Shown piece after piece: positions 52,101 through 64,000 of a stretch of 64,000 nucleotides of DNA. The position numbers were made by a program, and so were the translations under genes. Position 1 is the stretch's first letter; every line of letters begins with the position of its first letter. This DNA comes from Mizuhopecten yessoensis (lineage: Eukaryota). The notes under the pieces were generated by a model. It had not been told where the DNA came from, ran no database searches, and saw only the letters and a program-made list of their open reading frames with translations. The stretch is from NCBI RefSeq assembly GCF_002113885.1, contig NW_018406620.1:252680-316679 (forward strand), read 5' to 3'.

Positions 52101-55100
52101 TCTTTCCTCCCTTTTCTCCTCTTTTTTGCCTTCTTTCTCATTATCGAATGGTTGACCGTTGAAAAAGTCAAATCCCACTAATTTTCAATATATGGAGATA
52201 CCAGGATTGGAAATCGTGCTTTCGACAATAATCGATTTTTTTGGGATACTGTACTAAGTATGCATCAGTAAATTAATTGGCGAGGACTATTTTTATTTAT
52301 TTTTGTGTGTGTGTAGTACATATGGACATCATGAATGTTGTCATTACACAGTATAACGTGTCACAGGCAGGGAACACAGTATAACGTGTCACAGGCAGGG
52401 AACACAGTATAACGTGTCACAGGCAGGGAAGACACTGAATAAACTAAATACGTGAATGTTATACGCACCTGTCATAGTCGGAGAGCAGAAAAAGATACGG
52501 CAGGCAATCCGGTCAAGGTAGCATATAGCCTTAAAGGCGACATCGGTTGGGAAATAATCTTCTTGCCCCCGGTGCCCAAACGGAAACCTTTTGTACAAAC
52601 AGATATCGAGCTAGCGTAAAAAAATAGCGCAGCAATAAAACAATTTGTACGAACATTAACATGAATGTATTGATTTTAAAATAATCCCTGGACCACTATA
52701 CCACACTAGACAGAAACATCGATGACAAAGCGCTGTAAAAGGGATCAGGAATTGATTCGTCAGCTTATCTGAACGTTACATAACTTAACGGCGTCCCAAG
52801 GGGAAACAAACAGAGCAGCACATGGCTGTGACTAATGTAATACCAGAAATGGTCATATCGCTATATATGCTGTATAAATAATTAAAAAATAAATCGGTAC
52901 AACCATTGTTTTTTCGTCATTTATTCTTGTAAAATTCTTGTAAAATTCTTGTTTAAACTGACTTAATTTTATATTGAGGATCTTTTTCTCATGAGATAAT
53001 TCTCCCCAACCATCTTTACCCAATTACACACCCACGCACGTGTTCACCTCCTGCCCCTCCCACTTCCACACACAGTCACAAGTGCATGGCAACTTTGTTT
53101 TTTAATATTGAAAACATTTATCGTTGGCAACAAGAGATGAACTTCCATTCTCTTTGACAATGTTTTATTGAAAGCAAATGTTTAAGCTTGAGTAGCATGT
53201 ATAGTTGGAGATAACCGTCTGCATATGACGTTGTCTATGAGAGGGAAATCTGCATCTCGCGTGTTAGTGACGTGTTGGGTGGTGCCAATCTCTGACTCAA
53301 TATGAGTCAAGGACAAACAAAGAACACGAGTTTGTGACTACATTTGTTGATATCGGAATATACAGACAAACCATCTACAGGAAACGTTCATTATCAAGAC
53401 AAATTTAAGACGACATTGACAATTGTCCTTTTCTGACATATTTTCCAATAGTGTTTTTTTATGGTTGTCATTTGACAGGTCAAATTCAATTCACACCAGG
53501 ATTGGACTTTTAAGTGGATTATTCCATATGAAGAAATTCTCTTATATCTGTGACATATGAAGCATAATAAATCTGTGATGTAGTACACAATGTTTCTGAG
53601 ATTGTTGTGTAATTGTGTTTCCAACAGACATAGCCTTGCCAACGTAGCGGAGGCATGGAAGGGAGTCACCCACGGCAGCAGACGACTCTCTATGACGTCA
53701 CAGATACGCATGTCTGCCGGAAACGTTCTCGACTACGCGTCCAAAAACGAAACTCTAGAAAGGTAAGTTATAACTAAAGTTTGCGATAACATTGCATTAC
53801 GGAAAATGCTTTAGCAGAAAATGTTTTGCTGGCTCTGAGTATTATGTTTACCCCTCAGGTAAAAATACATATTTCTCTACATGTATCTCCTTACTCACTG
53901 TCGTGTTGATGTAAAATTGCTGTTTTAAAGATAACGTTTCGAATTACGTTTGTCACAAAAGTATACGCACAGGAAAAAGACAATTTGCACAGGACATGAG
54001 AGCTTGGTTACTTTGGATAATATATTTTGATAGCTATGAAACATTCCCTATCAAAATAAAAATATATGGTAAAGTTAATTTAGTGTTTTACGTGAGTGTC
54101 AAGTGCTGCACCCTGTTTTATCCCGGTTTTTTTAAAAAAGTTCATTTATGTTATGAAAATTAGGTATGTGATCAGTATGCTGTTAAAATAGAAGCCATTG
54201 ATACACATACGGTGTACTAAATATGGTGTCGTCTCGCGTAGCATACATTTGGTATTTTCCTATATACAGGTAAGGTGTTGGGTGTATGCTAGGTGAGATT
54301 GGGTGTCAGTTAGAGAACAATAGGATTTAATTACAGGTAAACTATAGTCTGAACTATAAAGTGTCTTACCATGTGAATATGAACGTATACATAGGATTGA
54401 TTTTTTGTGTTAAATTTTATTTATTTATAAAATAAATCCAATTCATCTATTATAGTCTTCATCATAATAATAGGGAATTTCAGATTAAATGTCTTAACTT
54501 AACACATTATAACAATACAATACAATTTATAAGTAAGTGTAAGTGTCACATATATCGATATACATTAAAACAACAGATTTTACAAAAAGTAAAAGCTATT
54601 TCAAAATTCAAATCAATCAGATATCGACATCCAGCCAAATCTGGCTTATGAGACACTAAAAGCCATTATCACACATTAAAATAAGTAAAATCACCAGCAG
54701 TGTACATAACTGGTGCCATTGAGCTAAAAAATGGTGGGAATGTTTCGGGGCCTCGAAAGCGTAACTTAGCTATAAATTTGCATTAAAATGCTATTCCTCC
54801 TTAATGCCTAAATGGATATTGCAACCAAATATGGTCTGAAATATCATTAGGGGGGNGGGGGGGGGACAATCGTCATGAGGCTGGTTCGAACCCTGGGGGA
54901 TAGAGAGGGCGGCGCCCCAAGGAAGGATATTACCTAAAATCCTGCTTTTAAACACTACTCGTTAAATGCCAAAAGTAGATTACAACAATTTCAGTATGAA
55001 ACATCATTTAGAAACAACCATTTCTTATATAAACGAGGCAGGTTTAACCACCATTGACAGCGGGACGGGACCTTAAAAGGAGAAATCTATTCAGATTTAG

Positions 55101-58100
55101 GTTTAAATGCTTTCTGATAGCTTTACTGCCAAATAGTTACCCACTGCTGACCAAAACTACCATCATGGAAAAACAAATTCTTAGAATATTTCATTGAAAG
55201 TTGAAAAGTTACCATCAAAACGTTATAACGGTATATGGTACGAATTGTTTTCTTCAATTTTATCTTACAACGTATATTCCTGTAAAGTAAAGAATACATG
55301 TATGTCTCAGTAGATTAAATGCTTCTTTACATTGTTCCTTCAGAATAAAGACATTGTAAGGAATGTACCTTTGTAGTAAATTTGACAATATTGACATTTG
55401 TAATATTATGATAAGTGAAAATTATAAAAACAAATCCTATCTACAGTGTATGTCCACACAAAATCAGCTTGAGATTGAAATTCTGCAGACATAACCATAA
55501 AAATAAAGGAAAAAAAACAACATTCAGTCAACTGTTATTGTATCGGTTGAAATTTATAGACAATGCATTACAGAATTTTAAACAATCTTTGATATTAAGA
55601 TTAGTTAATGAGGCTTTACTTGATCAACAATATTTCAGATTTTAATAACATGTAGGCGGCTAGTACTGTATACGTACCTGTTATAATAACTGTAAAATCG
55701 TTATTATTTTCATGTAAATAAAGGTATCCTTTCCAGTTTAAAAAAAAATCATATTTCATCTACTACCACGTGTCACTATAGTTCTTTACAAAGAATATCA
55801 ATGGAATATTTCTCTGATTAAAGTAGACATAAGTTCTTAATAATAATATGTATTACACTACAATCTACATCATTTTGAAACAGACTACATGTATAACCAA
55901 ATTGTAATCAGGTGTGAAAATTGAAATGTGTGCTAGGTGAGACTAAACCTAAATATAGGACAGTACCTAATTACATGTACCATGTAGTTGTGCATACAGC
56001 TGCCTCCCAATCTACCTGGTAAGTGATAATTCATTTCAAAATGATTTTTTTAAATGAGGTCGTATGAAATAAACAAAACAAATAACGTTTTTAGAATTTC
56101 GGTAAGGAATTTACTAACACTGTCAGATTCTACAGACAATGTTGAGTACACCGATGCCTGCAAAATCTATGTCAGTTGACAAGATTGTTTCAACTGAAAG
56201 TGACGTCAATTATTATTTTGGATGACTCGATATACACACCAAACTACTATGAATAATGAATGTCTAAAAGGTTATAGAGATCGCCATTGTCCCTCCATGC
56301 ATATTGTTTAATATAAAATATCACACACATTCTCATACTGACTAACGAAATCGTTTTGTTTCTGTAATCGTGCATGCGACTTGGTGTTGTTTTCTTCGCA
56401 GTATTCAGATAGCGGTGATACAGCTCTTTCAGCGGAGGAAATTACAGGAGGGAGAGTTAGCCGTACTTCAGGAAACATTGAGGTACTTTTAATTGTTTTT
56501 GTAATCAGCTCTCTGTCAAATTATCTAACTCCCAGCAGTTAATACATGAAACTTGCCAGTAATACCAAGGTAATCAAACCCTTGCTAATTAACAAAATTC
56601 CTCGCTAATTAACAAACTCGGAACAGACGACATATCGCAAATCCCGTCCAAAGCACTCACCCGGGAATGATTAAGGTTTAACGGCGATAAAAATTGAAAA
56701 AGAACATGTTTTATTCTGTTGCTACATTTTTTGTACGTGTAAGAAAGCAATGTTGACGCCAGGAAAGCAATTCGCCCGGGGGACCGGATATATAATACTC
56801 TTGTTTATCTTTACACCTGCTATAGATCAAGGCAACACGTTGACATTTAAAATGAATCCTGACTTCGCTGGATGTAAGCAGTAGTTTCACTTAAAAATGA
56901 CGTTTAAATTCTGTGCTACTTAAAAACAATCAACACGCAGTATGGGTGTGAATTATGGTGGGCATTTTCTCAAACATTACGAACAAATACACAAACACAT
57001 GTTGATCATGTCTATTCTACCACGTGAAAACGTAATTCAATGTTTTTTCCTGATTTTACATTGGTGCCTTAAAGCCTACATTAACTATATATAGAGCATA
57101 CGAGTGTTTAAACTACACCTTTCCTTTGCGCGTGCAAACGTTTGATACATGATCCCTCGATTTCATTTCAACAGCAAGTCTTGCACAGCTGATGTTATAA
57201 CTATATAACTTCTGGACGGTGTAGTAGCTTGGTGAAATGTTATTTATTTTTTTGCTCGAAATTATTATGAGAGAATACTCGTATATTCCTGTTCATTTCA
57301 TTCGAAAGAGGATAATTGAATTCCAAAATTTATGAAACATAATTTAATTTACATTTTAATGTGTGTTTGCTCTTTGGTAATAAACATAGATCATAATATT
57401 ATTTAAACTAACGAACGATGTTAATAATTGTCCTGTTTGGGTTTTAAATAGTACTAATTATGTTATTTTCAGAAACCTGATCAGCTCAGACGCCGGACCT
57501 CTTATATTTGATTATTATAAAGTAAGTATTTTAAATCAGTAATGCGCCCCCTGTAGGGTCGGGGAAACCACCGACATAGTCTAGCTGTAGCTCTGCATGT
57601 TATCAGAAAAGGTGACCACCTCTAAGCCCATGTGTAGAGTCGGGGGTTTCCAATAAACAAAATCTCATTTGCTTTGTCCCTCATTGCTACATTGATCTTT
57701 TATTTTTTCTGACCTACTCAACTTGTTTTTCGGTGTTGTCTCCCTTAGCAACCGTCTTCATATATATGAGCTTTTGCGAGGACGTTAAACTCTTAATCAG
57801 ATCAAACCACATTGTGAGATGGCGCCCCTTTTCTTAATAATGTTTAAACAAGAACAGTTTTGTAGCAGTATATCAGGTTGAAATGTTACCAAGTTGTTAT
57901 TGAGGTTTGGTTTTGGTTTTCTTTTGTTTAACGTACAATGTACTATTCATAGCTAAGGTCATTTAAGGATGCGCCTCAATGTGTTTTGTGTAAGCGTGCA
58001 TACATATTGTATGTGTATGTGTGCCGGAGACAGGGTATGTTTGTGTACTTGCCTCCTTGTGATAGCGCGGATCCGATGCCGACTTAATAATGCTATCTCA

Positions 58101-61100
58101 CTGAAATACCATGCCGAAGTCAATCCACTATAAAGATGTATTAAAATATAACTATAAAGATGTATTTAGAGATAAGAAACAAGAGCGTCGATGTCGAAAA
58201 TGAACATCTTATATATCTACAATTGTTATCGAAAATGAAACATATGTTTCTTTACGTGTGATGTAATACTGTATAAATGCGATTCTTTTTGTTAATGTAA
58301 ACGCGAAATTTCTTGCGTGTGGAAATCTTCGTTTCGTGACAGTGTGAAATTTTGGGGTTGGCAAAAGATCAGAAATATGTTCTATACTTACAATTGATAT
58401 TATCGATACAACCAATTCCATGTAGTCGGTCGTCATGTTTTATTCTGTCTATACTTAACTATTTTACATCTTTTAATAATTCTATTAAGTATTTACATAT
58501 ATTTGCGCCGTAATTTAGTAAACGCAAAAAAAGCATACCGCGATAACTTTTGACTTTTACAGTAATATCTTTGGGAAAACCAGAGTGCAGATATCCGAGG
58601 TTTAAAAGAACTGTACTTTTGCAGTATACGTTTATCGATCTGAGTGCCAATTGCATTGGTGTTCGTTATAAGCAACACATATAAAGAAAAAAAGATTACA
58701 GAAAAACAACTTTCGTCTTTTGACCTTAGATTCCCCCACATCTCCTTCGTGCAACGCCGGTATGACCATTGACTTTATAATAGTACAAAGAGATTTGTTA
58801 GAAACGTGGGCTAATGACAGAGACGCTACGCAAATGTCAGACGAAACACAATAATCTTCTTAAGTTGATAAGAAAGGGAGGACAGATTTTTTTTGTGACG
58901 TTAGCAAAATGCCTGTTGTTAGGATACAAACGGTTTTGCTAAGTTTCCTAAAGCCTGGTTAGCTTTGTTACAAAATTTTATTATCTAATAGCAGTAGGAT
59001 TTTTTTTTTATTTTTTTTTTGTCTTTTTTTTTTTACAGTATGGTGTATACCTGGCTTCGAAATGATGAACCCATAATGAAAAAGTTATACATCATTTTGA
59101 ATTATGGGTTATGTTTTTTATAGAAATTGGGGGAAAATGAATCAATAGGGTTCAAAATGAAATAGCTGAATTACTTGCTTATCTTGTATAAAAGATTATT
59201 ATGTAAGTTAAATTACAATTAAGGACAGTTAGTTTTGATATGACAAAAAACTGCATTAATTTTGTGTTTCTGAAATGTTTGCTTTCTATCTACTTTGGGA
59301 GATTTATAAACCGCTGACTAGGCTATCGATTTCCCCTGCCCGAGAGAATCTTATTACCGATACTCAAACACAGCCGAACCTACATACACATTTGGACAGT
59401 TTGCTGGGATTACTCAATACGATCCCGTGTTCACCATAAAGTAGACTTGTTTTGAAAGGTTTGTCATTGACATCGGTCTAGAACTAGCAACAGTGTTCGG
59501 AAAATCGATCAACGTAATACACACCTAATTCCACATGGAACATGTTGCCAAGTTAAAAGGTCGTATTTGATGCTATTTTCCCAGTATGCATCCGACCTTA
59601 CATTGATTACCGATACGTTCGGTTGTATGTGTTATATCATCCTCACAACAGGTTCAAAGGTTAAATTAAGACGGAAGTGCCACTGATAGGTCAATTTAAA
59701 GCATCATCCCACTGAAATGTCATGACCTGAACACGATAACATAACACTCGTATTCGGTCACGTTATACTAATAAGGGGCTAACCATTTTTTACCTCCAAC
59801 TTGTTAAAGTATGAAGAGACCAGCTAAAATCAATAAGTCACTCCTTGTTTGTCACAGTTAGGGGACAGAACGTAGGACCCCCCTTGCTGAGATGAAACGA
59901 AAGAAGCTAGTTGATAAAAAGGAAAATAAAACGAACCAAAATGTTGCGATGTCTTTCAGTAGGTAACAAAGTTCTATTTTCCCCACCGTAACGCAAATTG
60001 ACAGAGTACACTGACATTCAATGTGTGTGTCACTTGCCAATCACTTGCAGCAAACTTGCAAAAACAGCAGCAAAATGTTTGTAGTTTACAATTTGGAGAG
60101 AATGGGCAAGTAAATGCTCACCATAATGATCTTATTTGGAAGTATATTTTTTGTGGTCGTCATCGGGATTTCGCGGGAAGTTTTGTATGACTTCTTTTTG
60201 TGATGTGAAGGCTTTTGTTGCACTATTTGGGATTCTTTGTTGTATTGTTGTCACCTACCGGGCTCTTGACGTGAGGGCGTGACATTGCTGGGATTCGCAT
60301 GGCGGGTGTCGTCGATGTTGCGGGGGACGCTTGCCATTCCGGAGCGCCTGGTCTTGTGCTCCGTGTGGGTTTCCGGGTGTTTCCGTGGGATCTTTTCTTC
60401 GTTCATATTTCACCCTGTTTTTTTGTGGAATTCGTGTTTGGGTTGTGGTTTTATTGACACTTCAACATTCTCTTTATTTTGCGCTTAAACTACTCTTGTC
60501 TTTTATTATACTCATTTGTGTGTCTTGTCTTGTTGATTAACATGATGTGTGTCGTCGATGTAGCATAAGACGCTTACCCTTCCGAAATATCTGTACTTAT
60601 ATTCCTTGTACTTTTTAAAGGGTCTCCATGTAAATGATTTCGTGTTCATGTTGCGGTTTTGTACTCTGTGACAATCTTTCGATGTTTTCTTTTTTTCAAA
60701 CTTTCAAAACTGACAAATTTAAATCTGGTAATTGAAACAACAAGTTCTGTTGTAAAAATCATTTCATGATTATTTATTTTTTTATTGTTTAGGATTTTTA
60801 TTCCATAAGTTATTAATAGAATTGCATCTTCGAAAGAAAATGACAAGATGGTGGGAAGGGAGAATGGGGGCTTGGCGTTCATGGTGTTTATAAAATGTAT
60901 TGTTCTATATATGGAAACATCGATTTATATACTCCTGCTCCTCATCAACAGGATTAGGGACACGTTGACACAAAGCTGTCTGATCTAATTGAAGAGACAA
61001 ATTATTGAAGCTTGGGTTGGAGAATGAAACGTTTGATCGAGCGGGCTCCGATTTCCCATCATCGGTCGATGTCAAACCAATTGTTTACGTCATCGAACCA

Positions 61101-64000
61101 CAGGTAAAACTAAAATCGTTTTAATACGTTTTTCAACGGACTTCATTGACATTTGCTTTCATTGCAGGACAAATTATTGAAGAAAGGAATGGTGATTCTA
61201 CGGGAGGGAATGAAGAATGATTTAGGTAAGAAATGTAACGACACCAATCGGTGAAGATTTCCAATTACAAAAGAAGCGTTATCGTGTTTTTACCATACGC
61301 ATGTTGGTAACCTGTAACTGAATACACACACAAGTAATTACAACATGGAATGAGTTACACCTTTAAGAAAATAAAGATAGAAATAACAATTCCTTATTTT
61401 AAAGAAAACCTTTTAATGTAGAAAAAAAATCAGTTTTTAATTTTTGCGTTTTTCGTAGTAACAACCTTTCTGCAAAAATACATCCCACGAATTTAATAGT
61501 TACTGAATCCCCCTTAACAATAGTTTTACATGTCATAATCATTATACTTGATTCCCGGGGGAAATATAACCCTCGAAATTGAGCATTTTAGTAAATCCGT
61601 GCAAATTAAGGACAGACAGAAAGACATTTGTCAGTAATCAATATGTCATGGTTTTACCGTAAATCAAGCCATATTTTCGTTTTCAAAGTAGAACAACTGT
61701 ATGCATAAATGAATTACAGAAATAGCAAATAATCAAAGGTGGATAATCAAAGCTTGATCATCCTTATTTTCAGCTATTCATATTTCATTTAAGGGTTAAA
61801 TAAAATGATAAAATGGAGAGCTGTTTACAGGGTTATCCTGCTTTGTATGAAAAAAGAGACCGCTTCTTGTCGCTGCATATTTGGTTTCATATTAAATTTG
61901 AATTGCTTTCTTTAATGTTGATATATTAGAAATTGGCGAAAAGCCAACGCTAGGCGACAAGGCAAAATGATATTTACTTTCTCTGAACACCAATCTAAAC
62001 TACAAATATTGCCAGTGTACAAGTGAGAACGCTGTAGGAATCGTTCAAATAAAGCCGACCACGCAACATGCACGTGCCATACAAACGACTTCACGTAATG
62101 TTGTACAGGATTGTTCATTGCCTTTTTATGTACATCTTGGACTGATGCTAGTCGGCTACGCAACCTGATTTCCTGTTCTATAATGTTTGGGAATAATGTT
62201 CTTTCGGAACCTGTCAGTTTAGCAATTTTAATATATCGATTCCATTGTTTATGGACTTAAAGATGTCTGGTTAACGTTTATGTTCAGTCCGAACAGCTGT
62301 TTTATTGTTATAACTGAAAGACATACAGGAAACTGTTTGCCTGTGTGTTGTCAACGAGTATGTTACATGCTTGATGGTCATAGAATGTCCTAATTATAAT
62401 CAGGATTGTGATGGGACATCCACCGATACTAGTAAATACGATGCACAAAGTCAAAAGTGTTCTAATGTCAGCGAACTTTAAGACACTGCCAGTTGTGTTT
62501 CTCAATGATAATATTTGTCGATGCATTCTCTTCTTCTCTTTATATTATACTGCTCTGATTATATCTAGTAATTTTTTAAGCAGTGGCGTTTATGTTATAG
62601 TGCAGATATATCAATAGTAGTCAATACTAAGTGCATGTACATGTATTTATTATATTTGACAGCAGCCATTTATTCATTACTCTACTCGTCTTGTCTGAGA
62701 CATTTCTTGATAACGACTTTCGAACGTTCATATCACGTAGTTGAATTAACAGTGATCTTATTCTGTCTTAAACCTACATAATACTAGTACTGCGACATTA
62801 ATTTCTGTTTCAAAATCTCCATTAAAAAATGTTTATTCTTTAATAAAGCTATTTTGTACTAGGTCGATTTCAGATTTATTTTTAACACATATGTAACCAT
62901 ATGGAATATTAGAAAAAAAATATTACTTTCCTGTAAGGGATCTCATTCAAATACTGGGTAGTTGTTTCAAGTAGTAAATAGTCTTAAAGCATAACTGTTG
63001 CAATGCTTTTATACCATTACACATTCTTATTTATTCAATATTCATATGCTGCATACACACGATTTTATAATACTTATACAAATGGCTAAGATGGATAGAT
63101 TTCAGTCAAAATACTCTTAAATCAATACATCATAAAGTTAAAAGTTAAAGATAGTTTCCAATACAGGTGCCGATAGAGCTCCTCTTCACTGGACTCAAAA
63201 ATTAAACAATTGTATAAAATTAAGTTAAAGTTCATTGTTATCTAAATTTACCCTATAATTTTGATAAAACTCTTCATTCTGCCAAAGTCCATCTATTCTG
63301 TTCTTAAAATTATTGATATTTGGAGCGGATACAACGTCCTCCGGAAGGTTGTTCCATACGTCATACGTCATGAATTACTTTATAGCAGGCTCTTTAATTT
63401 CTAGGTTCTGTGTTATTAAAGAAGATGGGCGAACAGTGGTCGTATCTTCATGCCGAGATCCTCCCAACGTTACAAGCTTTGTTTTATCCACTTCCTGTAA
63501 GTAATGTCACTCCAATGCTATCCATCTGATCCTTCTCATTATACATTACTACAGGAGCCTAACAATCAATCGTACATCTGGCAGTCACCTCGTTGCCATG
63601 GCAGTAAATTATACATAGTTTGACACCCTATAAGCGTTCACACACTTGCTAGACAATACTTGATCGTTAATGGGGATATTCAGTGATTGCAATACTTCAT
63701 TTATGTATTTATTTATTGATTATTTCTTTTATCTAATTTTTTTTTTTTTTGATTATTTATCTATTTGTTTATCAAATTGCGTTTTGATGAATCAGTAAAC
63801 TTACATCTAAAGTAATCATCCTATATCACTTTGTCATTTGTCATATAACGGTACGCGATGAACAGTTGTTTTTAACACCTACATCCTCTGACATGGATAT
63901 GGTTTTATTGTTTTTTTATATTACAGACCAATGATTCCTCTATACGAAAAGTGACATTTCTAGAATTCCGAGACGTGGTCGTCCTTAAAGTCGGCATAGA
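43099..64000 (+). CDS. PRR5: Proline-rich protein 5 / Protor-like (mTORC2 component, HbrB-type domain), 3'-partial, multi-exon
   Basis: In-phase exons 43099-43142 (tentative start), 53628-53762, 56402-56482, 57473-57521, 61168-61225, 63405-63496, 63927->64000. The core translation SIQIAVIQLFQRRKLQEGELAVLQETLRNLISSDAGPLIFDYYKDKLLKKGMVILREGMKNDLGSVLLKKMGEQWSYLHAEILPTLQALFYPLPTNDSSIRKVTFLEFRDVVVLKV matches vertebrate PRR5/PRR5L as recalled (KGMVILR, LP.LQA.FYP, S.R....L.FR). Confidence 0.88.
44640..44798 (-). mobile_element. V-domain SINE, diverged copy
   Basis: Reverse complement aligns with the 13568 copy (GGAAACCGGAGTAC..GAAAACCCA; AATCGAACCCC; TATCCATTGCG). Confidence 0.75.
48441..50070. 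repeat. 41-bp minisatellite, about 40 copies
   Basis: Unit GGTTTCTGTGTGATATAACTAACCGGTACAGCCTTATTACT with a palindromic ACCGGT core. Confidence 0.97.
52346..52429. repeat. 28-bp perfect tandem repeat x3
   Basis: ACACAGTATAACGTGTCACAGGCAGGGA. Confidence 0.95.
53628..53762 (+). CDS. PRR5-like N-terminal exon HSLANVAEAWKGVTHGSRRLSMTSQIRMSAGNVLDYASKNETLE
   Basis: tttccaacag/ and AAG/gtaagt; open phase 2-2 and in frame with 56402. Confidence 0.75.
56402..56482 (+). CDS. PRR5: PRR5-like exon SIQIAVIQLFQRRKLQEGELAVLQETLR
   Basis: cttcgcag/ and /gtactt; matches the Protor N-terminal helix. Confidence 0.9.
57473..57521 (+). CDS. PRR5: PRR5-like exon NLISSDAGPLIFDYYK
   Basis: ttttcag/ and /gtaagt; phase 2-0. 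Confidence 0.88.
57905..58122 (-). mobile_element. SINE 3' portion (related tails at ~24510-24570, ~32105-32200, ~37825-37980, ~40900-41020)
   Basis: (TTTGG)n + TTTAACGT..AGCTAAGGTCATTTAAGGA shared with 24512-24570; TGCTATCTCACTGAAAT shared with ~37900. Confidence 0.55.
60145..60480 (+). mobile_element. Penelope-like/RT retroelement 3' fragment, A-to-G hypermutated
   Basis: TTT TGT GGT CGT CAT (FCGRH) resembles the FYGRH C-terminal motif recalled for mollusc Penelope-like RTs; downstream GGGTGTC...GCTT(A/G)CC.TTCCGGAGC.CCTG block; partial second copy at 60541-60610. Confidence 0.55.
61168..61225 (+). CDS. PRR5: PRR5-like exon DKLLKKGMVILREGMKNDL
   Basis: ttgcag/ and /gtaaga; KGMVILR is identical to the PRR5 motif. 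Confidence 0.92.
63134..63359 (-). mobile_element. 5'-truncated CR1-type LINE (ORF2 C-terminus plus 3' UTR)
   Basis: Minus strand reads VWNNLPEDVVSAPNINNFKNRIDGLWQNEEFY (CR1 WN.LP..VV.A....FK.R.D); short repeat tail; possible TSD ATACRTCAT at 63125 and 63363. Confidence 0.85.
63405..63496 (+). CDS. PRR5: PRR5-like exon SVLLKKMGEQWSYLHAEILPTLQALFYPLP
   Basis: ttctag/ and /gtaagt; W..F/L....LP.LQA.FYP motif. Confidence 0.92.
63927..64000 (+). CDS. PRR5: PRR5-like exon (truncated by the window) TNDSSIRKVTFLEFRDVVVLKVGI
   Basis: Polypyrimidine tract plus ttacag/; S.R...L.FRD motif. Confidence 0.88.

Noticed and set aside
53693-53700. CRE site TGACGTCA as a PRR5 promoter element
   Set aside because: It lies inside an open internal exon, and TGACGTCA recurs about 10 times in the window, often in repeats.

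Overview
This is AT-rich eukaryotic (metazoan) genomic DNA. The repeat families look bivalve-mollusc-like, which is an inference. Two spliced + strand genes can be rebuilt from GT-AG exons that the ORF track mostly misses. (1) The 3' 14 exons (400-14813; 528 codons plus stop) of an M28B glutamate carboxypeptidase II / NAALADase-family metallopeptidase. Its zinc ligands and catalytic Glu are intact, but nearly all glutamate/NAAG-recognition residues are substituted. (2) The 5' part of a PRR5/Protor (mTORC2 subunit) gene, with core exons from 56402 to the window end, a likely exon at 53628-53762, and candidate alternative first exons at 43099 and 29482. Introns and intergenic DNA hold a 46-bp minisatellite (about 18 copies) and a 41-bp minisatellite (about 40 copies). 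They also hold tRNA-derived V-type SINEs, a Deu/Nin-domain SINE pair, MITEs, a Helentron-type HINE in the peptidase 3' UTR and a CR1 LINE tail. The most unusual signals are a retroelement fragment (about 60150-60460) with an ADAR-like A-to-G hypermutation signature and the remodelled peptidase pocket. No prokaryote-type systems (CRISPR, operons), rRNA or true tRNA genes were found.
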